Positions 39,766 to 50,928 of a DNA stretch of 64,000 nucleotides are shown piece by piece. This stretch comes from an uncultured Bacteroidales bacterium (GTDB taxonomy: Bacteria; Bacteroidota; Bacteroidia; Bacteroidales; JAGOPY01), in NCBI GenBank assembly GCA_963787195.1, contig CAWBCI010000060.1:36700-100699 (forward strand), read 5' to 3'. The first letter of the stretch is position 1. Each line of letters begins with the position of its first letter. The position numbers and the translations under genes were made by a program. The notes under the pieces are model-generated. The model was not told the DNA's origin. It saw nothing but the letters and a program-made list of their open reading frames with translations, and did no database searches.

Positions 39766-42700
39766 CTAATCACTCTCCCACGTAATCACCGCCAGCCTCT
39801 TCTTCCCGTCCATACTGACCGTAATGGGTTTTTTAAAGCGGACATGCCTGAAGTACTTGGTTTTTGAAACCAGCTCCTGTGCATCCAGGATATCATACCG
39901 GATAAAACTTTTCGATATCTCAGGTTGAACGCTTAAGTAGCCGACACTCATAGATACCACATTGTGAAAGAAATGCGAACCGGATGATTCGTCCAGGGGA
40001 TAGCCTTCAAGGCTGGTCTCGACAATGACTTTTGCATTGGAGATCTGGGCCCAGTTTACCGGGATCCCTATCCAGCGATCGCGGGTACCCCAGCGACCGG
40101 GGCCTATCAAAATATACTTCCTGTGATCCGCGCTAAATTGCTTGTTTAACTCTTCGATCTCATCCGCCATTTGAAGTGTCGCAGCCTTATCAAAATATTC
40201 TTTATCTATATAAATCACATCCTGAATATTCTCCAGCATACCATTGCCCATGCACTTTTCAGACAATAATAATATCCTTTCCTTAGGAAAGCGATCCATA
40301 TTGACATTATAATCCGTAGCGCTTCCGATCAGGGGTTTTATCTGCAAAAGATAAAACGAAGCCCGGTTCTGTTTATCCTTATTCAGGTCGACGGCAAATT
40401 CAATCTCCACCGGCGAACCCATGGCCTCTTTGACTACATCCAAAACCACCTCAATTGCCTGTGCCAGCGGGACATAATTATATTTCAGGATATTCGCAAA
40501 ATTTACAATCCGCGGGCCGGCATGTGTCAGTCCTGGGATTATGACATTATTATTGGGATCATAAACTGAGGCACAGTGCTTAAGTGTACCTTGTATTTCA
40601 GCCATATCGATATCCAGCCTGGCCAGTCCGGCCGTATCTCCCTCCATCAGGTTGATATCCTTTTTCCCAAGGTCAACGGCATAGAACTCCACCTGTGAAT
40701 TCAGGAACTGGTCTTTAGAGGAACTGATCTCCACATCCGGGTATTTGGGCGAAAAACGATAGGCCTTTTCACCATCCACCACATATTTCCCCAAGCCGAC
40801 CGCGGTCACGGCGAAGCCTTCATCGGGCTTCATATGGGCATAAGGATAGAAATTATATGATTGGGCAACACCGCTGATATGCGGATAGAAATAATTACCG
40901 AATTTATTCCCGACCACTTCCTGTATGACCACCGCCATCTTTTCCTCTTCTATCTTATAATTAACCGCTTCGATATAGCCCCTGGCATCATCGGAATAAA
41001 CCGAAGCATAAACCAGCTTTATAGCATCCATAACTTGTTTCAGCCTGACCTTAGGGTCGGGATGGCTATTGGGCAGAAGATAAGTTTCGAATATACCGGC
41101 AAAGGGCTGCATCAGAGAATCCTCAAAAAGCCCGGAAGACCTGATGGCCAGGGGTTTCTTAATTTTCATTAAAAGAGTCCTCAGACGCTTTACAAGGGTA
41201 TCGGTGAGCTTGCCTTCCAGGAAAACTTTTTTGACTTGATCGTAATCTGGATTTGATGCCAGGAAATCCCTTAATGAATTCCTTTCAATAAAATATTCAA
41301 ATTCCTCGGTCCCTATCACCGATGTTTTGGGAGAAATAATGTTGATATTCGGGACTTGTTGTGAAAAATCAACGTTTTGAATGAGGGAGTTCACAAATGC
41401 AAGACCCCGGCCTTTTCCTCCGAGAGAACCTTCGGCCAGGCTCACCACATTCGTTTCGTCATTAATGGCCGATTCTTCAAAGGGAATGATCTTACCCTGA
41501 TTCTGTTCGTTCCGGAAACGCCGGATGACTTCAATAAGATAATCACGGATAGACTGGGGGTCATCAAAATCGGTAACCTTATGAGGGTTGAGAATCTTGG
41601 CTGCCTGTATCTCCCCTCTGGCCATCAGCCAGAGTGAAAAATGATCACGCCGGGCATGATAGAGGAGCGACTCGTCGGGTATGGTCTCCAGAAATTTTTC
41701 AAATTCCCTGAGTGACCTGGCCTCCGCAATTTTCACCCCCTTTTCGTTCCGGTAAACGAAATTTCCAAATCCCAGGAAATGGGTGATAAAACTCTTGAAA
41801 TCCTGGCTCAGGGACTCTGAATTTTTATTTATGAAAGTGCATTTGAAGTCAAATGCCATTTTGGCATTTGATTCATCCGAAGATTGAATAATGATAGGCA
41901 GGTCTTTTATTTGACCCCTGGCATATTTCACCAGGTTGAATCCGGCCGATTCGTCTTCATTTCCGTCCTTCTGGAACTTTACATCTGTAATAAGACATAA
42001 GAGGAAGTCACGGTATCTGTCAAGGATATCCACCGCCTCTTCATACGTTGAAGCCAGTAATATTTTGGGCCGGGCCCTGAGCCGGAGGACCTTGTATAAT
42101 TCGTCGGTACTCACATCGTCAATGATCCTCTTGGTCTGTTCCAGCACGATATAATAAAGCATGGGAAGGTAGCGGGAAAAATATTTGGGCGAGTCCTCCA
42201 CAAGTAATATAACCCTCACCATCCCAAATTCTGTATCATTTTCAACATTGATCCGGTCCTCCACATGTTTGATCATTGCAAAAAACACCGAGGATTCCCC
42301 GTTCCAGATAAATACCTTGTCGATATGTTCAAGGGCATTTTTGGTCTCACTTATGAGGACCATATCCGAATTATTATTCAGCAAAAGAAAGACAGGGATA
42401 TAGGGGAATTCCCTTTTGACCTTACAACTCAGCCCTATGGGAGTCCGTTTGTCGGCCCCCATCATGAGGATGATCAGATCGAAATGCTTGGTCCGGATCT
42501 GACCCATAGCTTCTTCGATGGATGAAACCCCGGTGATTCTTGGGATCGATGTCAGGTTCAGCTGATTATATTCGCCCAGCACATGTTCCGAAAAACGTCC
42601 TTCCTTCTCTATACTATAAGCATCATACAAATTAGCCACCAGCAAAATCTCCTTAACTTTGAAAGGCATCAGGTCATGGTAAATATCCCGGTCCTGGTTG

Positions 42701-43227
42701 CTTTTATTCAGGAAGCGCTGCAGTAACTGCCGGCTGCTGACACCCGGAATTTGCACGTCAGCAGGAGGTGGGACCGGAACCTGGGTCCTTCCCTTTATAA
42801 TGGATTTGGCCAGGATACTATTTATGTAACCCGTGATAATATTGCAGAGGTTTTCAATCAGGTGTCTCTCTTCCAACAAAAAAGGCCCTTCATCCATATC
42901 CGGAAATTTCCGGAGATAATAGATCTCAATAGCACCGCTTTTATTGTCAATGGTCTGGAATTTCTGTCTTTGCACCCACTGGGTCGGGGCAAAATCGGAT
43001 GAGTTGTATTCCTTGCCATCATAGAGGATACGGGCGACGGTAAACTGAGGGTACTGCCATGCCGGAGGAAGTATAATGCAGATCTGACGGAGGGTTTCTT
43101 CAACCGATTTACCTTCCTTTATGATCTGGGTAGTCCGGTTAATGGCTGCCAGCTCTTTTAATCGCTCTATATTTTCAGCCCTGAGTTTCTGATATTTATT
43201 ATTGCTGTTTCCGGTGTTGTCTGTCAT
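39766..43227 (-). CDS. GAF-like + receiver + PPDK-type ATP-grasp protein (paralog 2)
   Basis: N-terminal ERLKEL..PPAWQYP..ARI..GPFL.EER; LVED, ITD, QSS, FINK; LGGKGRGL, IRSS..ED..FAG, LQIKP; SSGSHFF. Confidence 0.85.
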   Translation of the reverse strand: MTDNTGNSNNKYQKLRAENIERLKELAAINRTTQIIKEGKSVEETLRQICIILPPAWQYPQFTVARILYDGKEYNSSDFAPTQWVQRQKFQTIDNKSGAIEIYYLRKFPDMDEGPFLLEERHLIENLCNIITGYINSILAKSIIKGRTQVPVPPPADVQIPGVSSRQLLQRFLNKSNQDRDIYHDLMPFKVKEILLVANLYDAYSIEKEGRFSEHVLGEYNQLNLTSIPRITGVSSIEEAMGQIRTKHFDLIILMMGADKRTPIGLSCKVKREFPYIPVFLLLNNNSDMVLISETKNALEHIDKVFIWNGESSVFFAMIKHVEDRINVENDTEFGMVRVILLVEDSPKYFSRYLPMLYYIVLEQTKRIIDDVSTDELYKVLRLRARPKILLASTYEEAVDILDRYRDFLLCLITDVKFQKDGNEDESAGFNLVKYARGQIKDLPIIIQSSDESNAKMAFDFKCTFINKNSESLSQDFKSFITHFLGFGNFVYRNEKGVKIAEARSLREFEKFLETIPDESLLYHARRDHFSLWLMARGEIQAAKILNPHKVTDFDDPQSIRDYLIEVIRRFRNEQNQGKIIPFEESAINDETNVVSLAEGSLGGKGRGLAFVNSLIQNVDFSQQVPNINIISPKTSVIGTEEFEYFIERNSLRDFLASNPDYDQVKKVFLEGKLTDTLVKRLRTLLMKIKKPLAIRSSGLFEDSLMQPFAGIFETYLLPNSHPDPKVRLKQVMDAIKLVYASVYSDDARGYIEAVNYKIEEEKMAVVIQEVVGNKFGNYFYPHISGVAQSYNFYPYAHMKPDEGFAVTAVGLGKYVVDGEKAYRFSPKYPDVEISSSKDQFLNSQVEFYAVDLGKKDINLMEGDTAGLARLDIDMAEIQGTLKHCASVYDPNNNVIIPGLTHAGPRIVNFANILKYNYVPLAQAIEVVLDVVKEAMGSPVEIEFAVDLNKDKQNRASFYLLQIKPLIGSATDYNVNMDRFPKERILLLSEKCMGNGMLENIQDVIYIDKEYFDKAATLQMADEIEELNKQFSADHRKYILIGPGRWGTRDRWIGIPVNWAQISNAKVIVETSLEGYPLDESSGSHFFHNVVSMSVGYLSVQPEISKSFIRYDILDAQELVSKTKYFRHVRFKKPITVSMDGKKRLAVITWESD

Positions 43228-43432
43228 AAGTTGCGCGAATAATTGAATGTCTAAAGGTACGGAAATTAGGCACCGGTATTAGATATTGGGTATTGGGGAA
43301 ATCTAATATCTCATACGTCGAATACATCGTGCAATTGTGTATCGCATATCGGATATAGGATATAAAAACCTTTTTTCAACACAGTAGGCACATAGAACAC
43401 ATTAGGATTCACATAGGACTTTTCCACTTTTC

Positions 43433-43520
43433 CACCATATCACCTTATCACCTTATCACCTTATCACCTATACCTTATCACCTTATCACCTTATCACCTT
43501 ATCACCTTATCACCTTATCA
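43433..43520. repeat. Octamer tandem repeat (CACCTTAT)x~11
   Basis: Direct reading; one unit shortened at 43465-43470. Confidence 0.95.
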
Positions 43521-43640
43521 CTTCCCCCCGTCCCAACTTAAACCCAATCTAAATTATAAACTAAGTGTTAATTTTTGTGAAACTTATAACAGTAAAACCT
43601 ATTTTTTCACTAATATTGCCACGCTTTAAAATTTCTTTAA

Positions 43641-45017
<1,377 letters not shown>

Positions 45018-45038
45018 TTTAAACAATCATATATACTC

Positions 45039-45071
45039 AAAAGGCTGCTCCGGATTCCGGGCAGCCTTTTT
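45039..45071 (+). terminator. Intrinsic terminator of gdhA
   Basis: aaaaggctgc..gcagcctttt hairpin plus T tract. Confidence 0.8.
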
Positions 45072-45101
45072 CTTTATTCTATATACTGATTCTTCTTATA
45101 T

Positions 45102-45128
45102 AAAAAAACTGACGGGTAAACCCGTCAG
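45102..45128 (-). terminator. Intrinsic terminator of the gldF operon
   Basis: ctgacggg-taaa-cccgtcag stem with poly-T on the minus strand. Confidence 0.65.
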
Positions 45129-45209
45129 CTGTATGACTTCCATTAAAACCCCATAATTTAACCGGGCGGTTCAGCCCCAACGAAATTAATCCGCCAAAAA
45201 GCCGGCATT

Positions 45210-46292
45210 TCATTTGGCTGCTTTTTTCCCTGACTTTTCCTTGCCCAATAAATAATCCAGATTCCGGAGTACTTTGTCAAAAACAAAATACTGGATAAGG
45301 ACAAAATCCTGACCTTTATTAACTAAAGCATATGCCCGGTCCAGGTCGGCAGGTTCCATCGCTGCGCCATCCTGATTATAATATTGCGAAAAACCAGCCT
45401 TCTTAAAAATCTTAACAATATTCTGACTTCCGTCCCTACTGCTGAGGGTGATAATTGTGCTTGGCTGAGTGGCAAGTACCGAATCAATGGTAGTCTTAGG
45501 AATCAAATTATTCAGCAGGGATTCAAACCTTATATCATTAAAAGAAGTCAGGAAATTCAATACCCTTATTGTATCATAATTATCAACCTCACGATTGTCC
45601 TGCAAAGCCTTTATGCTGATATGCTGATCCGGGCTTACCTTTAAAAGGTAAGATTCAGCCGGATCTGAAGGAAATTCCAATTCAATCGACGCAATGTCTG
45701 CCAGTTTTTCCTGAAATACGGTATAATCCCTCCAATCGTCAGCCAATGTCGAATAACGGCTGGAAACAAAGCCCCTGAAACCAGGAATAAAAACTATATA
45801 AGGTTCTTCAGCCCCCTCCATCAGCATATAGGTTCCTTCATTGTCCTGAGTTACATCACCTACATAATAAGTCTTGGTTTTTTTTTCATGAGGAAATAAT
45901 TTCAATCCGAAAATATTGATTCGAGGTACCTCCTGGTAAATCTCTATTTTCCTGGCCAGGACCGACATTCTTTTGATGACATTATTGCGCGCTTTTAAAG
46001 GCACGGGAGCCTTCACCTCGAGATCCGCCAGGGTCTTCAGAAAAAAGTTGATCTTCACCTGCTGGGCAAGGTTTTTTCCGTCCACCAGCCATCTAGCTTT
46101 CCCTATCCGGTTCAGTATAACCTCCTTGTCATGCTTATCGGCAATAAATAATTTTGTGATGCTCCCGGTATCTTTAACACTGAAATCACTAAGCTTTTTC
46201 CTGAGTGTGCCGGAAGAACTGTTCCAGACTAAAAAAGCAGCAACAAGCAGCATGAGGAGTGCAATAAAAAGTATTATCCTGTTTTTTTTCAT
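45210..46292 (-). CDS. DUF4340-like membrane-anchored protein
   Basis: N-terminal TM anchor, IPGFRGF..RY..WRD; position after gldG. Confidence 0.7.
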   Translation of the reverse strand: MKKNRIILFIALLMLLVAAFLVWNSSSGTLRKKLSDFSVKDTGSITKLFIADKHDKEVILNRIGKARWLVDGKNLAQQVKINFFLKTLADLEVKAPVPLKARNNVIKRMSVLARKIEIYQEVPRINIFGLKLFPHEKKTKTYYVGDVTQDNEGTYMLMEGAEEPYIVFIPGFRGFVSSRYSTLADDWRDYTVFQEKLADIASIELEFPSDPAESYLLKVSPDQHISIKALQDNREVDNYDTIRVLNFLTSFNDIRFESLLNNLIPKTTIDSVLATQPSTIITLSSRDGSQNIVKIFKKAGFSQYYNQDGAAMEPADLDRAYALVNKGQDFVLIQYFVFDKVLRNLDYLLGKEKSGKKAAK

Positions 46293-46338
46293 TTTCAGAA
46301 ATTCTGTTAAATGTTCATTTTTTAGCTACTAACTCATA

Positions 46339-48108
46339 TTAGCGATGAGTTGAGCTATATTTTCGTTTGCGGATATAAAACTGGATGATCCCAAATATGA
46401 TTACCAACAATACAGGCAAAATTGTATTCAAAACCTGCCAGAAAATTTTATTATTATTCACCCTTGTCATATCCAGCAGCCTCAGTTTCAAATCTCTTGA
46501 ACGGATGCTTATCAAACCGGAGGCATCTGTAAGATAATCCATTGCATTCAAAATAAAATCCTTATTTCCATAAGTTTCGTCGGTATACTGATCATAGCCC
46601 AGTGGAAGCGCATATCCTTTCGAATAATGTAACTGGTTTTTGATAATGTCACCGTCGGAAACGACGATCATTTTGGTAGGACGGCTTACTTCGTCAAAGC
46701 CAATTTCCCCATTATTTGCAAGGACCGGAGGGATACGGTTCTCATAAAGGGACCTGAATTTACCTTCCAGCAACACACCAACGTTCTGAGGCGGCCCCGG
46801 AAATTCCCTTGGATCAGGCTTTTGGTTAAGGATGTTCAGAGAGATCAGGACAGGTGTATTTGCGACCCTTGAATACCGGGAAGTTCGTAGCAATATGGTT
46901 TTTTTCACACCCCTTAGCCTGGTTGTATCCAGGCTGCTGACAAATTCGGTTTTGATAGCATTCAGATTTTTTACGATGGGGTTATCAGAGCTCGGGGTCA
47001 AAAGAGGAAAATAATACCAGGGGTAAAAATCAATTTGTGGCTGGTTGCCTATCTGACCGGTTTTAAGCGGAATACGAAGGGCATTCAGGTCCAACACCAA
47101 ATCACTGTTTATCCTCACGCCATATTCAAAGAGCATGTCTTCAAGGTTCAGGTCCATATCAATTCCGAGGGTAGTTCCGGTATTCTGCAGACTGTCCATA
47201 GAGGCATTTACTTTATCAATCAGCCATAACACCTTTCCACCCTTCATAATAAATTGATCGATAATAAATTTGTCCATTTCACTAAAAGCAGAGTCAGGCT
47301 TAGCTATAATCAGGGCGTCAAATTTATTAATGATGCGGGCCTTGTCGGGCCCGATACTATCCCTTTTGGCAAGACTGGAGAGCTGCCCATTAATGATCAC
47401 CCTTTCAACCGAATACTGTTTAGAAAGTGCCTGGGCAGCATCTTGAATATACTTATCTCCCAGTTCGCCTTGTCCTCCCAGGAAGGCAATTTTCGGCTTC
47501 TGACTAATGGTAAGGTTGCGGATAACGCTGGCCAGTCTGAATTCCAATGACTCCACCGAATTATTCAGGACTTCTTCAGGAGGTACACCCATCTGGGTAT
47601 TCAAGAGGTCGACCGGGAGTTCTCTCCCTTTATAAGATGCAATCGCACCCGGAAAAATGACTTGTTGTTCCTTCCCCTGTTTCGTATTGACCTGCAGGTC
47701 GGTAGGCTGAAGTCCTTTCTGTATCAATAATTGGTAAGTGTCGCTCCTTTCTTTGGCATCATCACTGCTGGATGGATTGATGAATTCATACTGAATATTT
47801 TTATTATAGGCCCTGAATTCATCAAGCATATCCACGGTTGCACTGCGCAGGCGCTTGAAACCGGAAGGAAAATCCCCATCAAGATAAACCTGAAAATAAA
47901 CAATATCATCCACCTTCTCCAAAAGAGCTTTGGTTGCATCCGACAGCGAATGCCTCTTATCGGATGTGAGATCAAGGCGGGTATAAGATTTCCTGGGAAT
48001 ATAGGATACGATTACATTAGCCAGTATAATAATGATAATCCAGGCTACAAGTTGAAGAAGATTATTTCTTCTCACATTCTTACGTTTGTTTTCACCTTTT
48101 CTTCCCAT
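46339..48108 (-). CDS. gldG: Gliding-motility ABC transporter subunit GldG
   Basis: RLDLT.DKR.SLS, IDQFIM.GG, SDGD.IKNQ, LGYD.YT, GNKDF.LN. Confidence 0.92.
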   Translation of the reverse strand: MGRKGENKRKNVRRNNLLQLVAWIIIIILANVIVSYIPRKSYTRLDLTSDKRHSLSDATKALLEKVDDIVYFQVYLDGDFPSGFKRLRSATVDMLDEFRAYNKNIQYEFINPSSSDDAKERSDTYQLLIQKGLQPTDLQVNTKQGKEQQVIFPGAIASYKGRELPVDLLNTQMGVPPEEVLNNSVESLEFRLASVIRNLTISQKPKIAFLGGQGELGDKYIQDAAQALSKQYSVERVIINGQLSSLAKRDSIGPDKARIINKFDALIIAKPDSAFSEMDKFIIDQFIMKGGKVLWLIDKVNASMDSLQNTGTTLGIDMDLNLEDMLFEYGVRINSDLVLDLNALRIPLKTGQIGNQPQIDFYPWYYFPLLTPSSDNPIVKNLNAIKTEFVSSLDTTRLRGVKKTILLRTSRYSRVANTPVLISLNILNQKPDPREFPGPPQNVGVLLEGKFRSLYENRIPPVLANNGEIGFDEVSRPTKMIVVSDGDIIKNQLHYSKGYALPLGYDQYTDETYGNKDFILNAMDYLTDASGLISIRSRDLKLRLLDMTRVNNNKIFWQVLNTILPVLLVIIFGIIQFYIRKRKYSSTHR

Positions 48109-48111
48109 AAC

Positions 48112-48843
48112 TTACCATTTTCTGCGTTCAAGTGAATTTTTCGCCAGAAGTATAAAGAGGGTGATAACACTCAGGTAATAAATCACATCCCTCAGGTCGA
48201 TGACTCCCCGGCTCATTGACTGATAATGGGCATTGATCCCGAGTGAGCGTATCAAGAGGTCGAAGTTTCCGAAAATATTCAGTGAAAAGATAAAATCGAA
48301 ACCTATATAAAGGAAACCACTTAAAAAAACCGCGATGATAAAGGAGACTATCTGGTTATCACTGATGGTTGAAGAGAACAATCCGATAGCCACAAAAGAA
48401 GCTCCCAGGAAAAGAAGGCCGATATAGGAACCCCACATTCCTCCCATATCGATATTCCCTTTTGGAAGTCCTAACTGATATACCGAAAAAAAGTAAATCA
48501 GGGTAGGTATAAGGGAGAAAATCACCAGGATAAGTCCGGCGAAATACTTTGCAAGAACTATTTTCAAGTCCGTCAAAGGTTTGGTCATGATAAATTCTAT
48601 GGTACCTGATCGCTTTTCTTCAGCGAAGGAACGCATGGTAATGGCCGGTATCAGGAATAGGAAAACAAAAGGGGCGATCATGAATAATCCGTCAATATTA
48701 GCATATCCATAATCCAGTATGTTGAAATTCCCCTCGAATACCCACAGAAAGAGTCCGTTGATCAAAAGAAACACCGTAATCACGATATATCCAATCAAAG
48801 AACTCAGGAAGGAGCTGATCTCTTTTCTCAGCAAAGTTAACAT
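48112..48843 (-). CDS. gldF: Gliding-motility ABC transporter permease GldF
   Basis: KEI.SF.SSLIGY, PAITMRSFAEE..GT.E, HY.SMSRGVID. Confidence 0.93.
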   Translation of the reverse strand: MLTLLRKEISSFLSSLIGYIVITVFLLINGLFLWVFEGNFNILDYGYANIDGLFMIAPFVFLFLIPAITMRSFAEEKRSGTIEFIMTKPLTDLKIVLAKYFAGLILVIFSLIPTLIYFFSVYQLGLPKGNIDMGGMWGSYIGLLFLGASFVAIGLFSSTISDNQIVSFIIAVFLSGFLYIGFDFIFSLNIFGNFDLLIRSLGINAHYQSMSRGVIDLRDVIYYLSVITLFILLAKNSLERRKW

Positions 48844-49021
48844 AGACTTTCTCTTTTACTCATCAATATCTTCACCTGACCCATTGAACAGGCAGCTGCA
48901 AAATTATCATTTTTAGCTAAACGAATGGTATTACCTATTATTATAGAATGAAGATGAAGGTTTAGGAAAACGGAAGGAAAGAATTAATTTAAAATGAATT
49001 ATAAGCCTCAGAAATAGTACA

Positions 49022-49795
49022 TCAGAAAAACTCAACCCTTACCGGGTCATTCATGTATAATCCCATTAAACTGCTGGCATTGCCCTGGTTGATTGCAATT
49101 TCGAGGTTTCCTGTTGATCCGAATAGTGCCAGGGGTTCTCCCACCGGAACATCCAGGTACGAGCGGCTAATCTTTGCGATTTTTTCACCCCGGCATTCAA
49201 TCAGGAATTTTTTACTTTTCACTGTCTTGTGGAATAATTCCTCTGTGATATTGGTGATTACATTCTCGTAATTATCAACGTAAATAATCATTCCCTTGAT
49301 TAACTGACCTGCTATTACTGGTTTGAATAGCATTTGTTCCGACCAGTGGTCCTTCAGATTACCTAATTCCTCAATCGCTCCCCCCTTTGCCAGGTGAATA
49401 GCTGCTTTCACAAAACGGTCACGACTTGAAAAGGTAAAATAATCTGTATCCTGTGTGATGGTGATCTCCACTATTTTATCCGGGGGCCTGTCAAAGATCA
49501 TCGAAAACATTCCATTATCATTACCTATAAAAAACTGGCCCTCAATTTCTATAGCCATATGGCTGTTATTTACCGATTCTTCCGATTGTATCCCGATAAT
49601 GTGAATAGTTCCTTTTGGAAATTGCGGATAGCTGTTCCTGATAATAAATGATGCCTGTTTGAGGTCAAAGGGATCAACCTGGTGGGAAATATCTATAATA
49701 TTAGCTTCCGGGAGCCGGCTCAGGATACTTCCTTTTACAGCAGCCAGATAATGATCCTTAATCCCCCAGTCGCTTGTTAGTGTGATGATCGGCAT
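49022..49795 (-). CDS. SAM hydroxide adenosyltransferase (DUF62) family
   Basis: ITLTSDWG, IDISH, Y.DNYEN.ITN, LEIAIN.G. Confidence 0.88.
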   Translation of the reverse strand: MPIITLTSDWGIKDHYLAAVKGSILSRLPEANIIDISHQVDPFDLKQASFIIRNSYPQFPKGTIHIIGIQSEESVNNSHMAIEIEGQFFIGNDNGMFSMIFDRPPDKIVEITITQDTDYFTFSSRDRFVKAAIHLAKGGAIEELGNLKDHWSEQMLFKPVIAGQLIKGMIIYVDNYENVITNITEELFHKTVKSKKFLIECRGEKIAKISRSYLDVPVGEPLALFGSTGNLEIAINQGNASSLMGLYMNDPVRVEFF

Positions 49796-49957
49796 TTTCT
49801 GACGCGAAACTTTTATTGGATTATCAACTTGCGGATTTAGCCTGCAAGTCCTACTTTTGTACTATTCAAAATTAGTAATTAATCACAGAACTATAGCATT
49901 TTTTGATACTTTTGGACCGCTGGTTAATATTTACATTCATTCTGAATTAAGACATAC

Positions 49958-50917
49958 ATGAGCGAACGCATAGTTTCCATTGAAGGATATAATCCTCTTG
50001 AAATTTATGGGGTGAATGATGTCCTCCTCAACCTGATCAAGAAACAGTTTCCAAAACTTAAGATTGTTGCCCGTGGGGACATGATAAAAGTGATGGGAGA
50101 TACGAAGGAAATGGATGCTTTCGAAAGAAAATTTTCACTTCTCTTACTTAGTTTCGATAAATTCGGACATATTACCGAAAACGATATCATGCAAATAATG
50201 CAGGGAAAAGATGAAGAAACCGACCTGATGATCCAGACTCCCCAGTCCGATGATGTGCTGGTTCACGGCAGGGACGGCAGGTTGATCAAGGCACTCACGA
50301 TAAACCAGCAAAAAATGGTCGAAAGTTCTTTTCAGAATGACCTGGTTTTTGCCATTGGGCCGGCCGGCACAGGAAAAACTTATACCGCAGTTGCATTGGC
50401 AGTGAGGGCATTAAAAGAAAAACAGGTAAAGCGCATCATTCTTACCCGCCCGGCCGTGGAAGCCGGTGAAAACCTGGGTTTCCTTCCGGGAGACTTAAAA
50501 GATAAGCTGGACCCTTACCTGCAACCTCTTTACGATGCACTGAGGGACATGCTTCCCACACAAAGGCTGCTCACTTTCCTGGAAGACGGCACCATAGAAG
50601 TGGCCCCCCTGGCTTTCATGCGTGGAAGGACCCTCGATCATTCATTTGTTATCCTTGATGAAGCCCAAAATACGACCTCCAACCAGCTGAAAATGTTCCT
50701 GACACGTATGGGCAAATCTTCCAAATTCATTGTTACGGGTGACATCACACAGGTTGATCTGCCCCGCAACCAGTCATCCGGCCTGATTCATGCCATGAAG
50801 ATCCTCAAGAACATCAAGGGAATGGAATTTATCCTCCTGGATGAAAGGGACATTGTAAGGCACCGCCTGGTTACCCGTATCATCCAGGCTTATGAAAAAG
50901 ACAGAGAAAAATCATAA
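49958..50917 (+). CDS. phoH: PhoH-family ATPase
   Basis: [37 protein letters not shown]. Confidence 0.95.
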   Translation: MSERIVSIEGYNPLEIYGVNDVLLNLIKKQFPKLKIVARGDMIKVMGDTKEMDAFERKFSLLLLSFDKFGHITENDIMQIMQGKDEETDLMIQTPQSDDVLVHGRDGRLIKALTINQQKMVESSFQNDLVFAIGPAGTGKTYTAVALAVRALKEKQVKRIILTRPAVEAGENLGFLPGDLKDKLDPYLQPLYDALRDMLPTQRLLTFLEDGTIEVAPLAFMRGRTLDHSFVILDEAQNTTSNQLKMFLTRMGKSSKFIVTGDITQVDLPRNQSSGLIHAMKILKNIKGMEFILLDERDIVRHRLVTRIIQAYEKDREKS

Positions 50918-50928
50918 AATTTATCCTG

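Noticed and set aside
43433-43520. CRISPR array
   Set aside because: Contiguous 8-nt units with no unique spacers and no cas genes
49022-49795. Fluorinase/chlorinase
   Set aside because: Housekeeping context fits the widespread DUF62 SAM hydrolase family; no halometabolite genes
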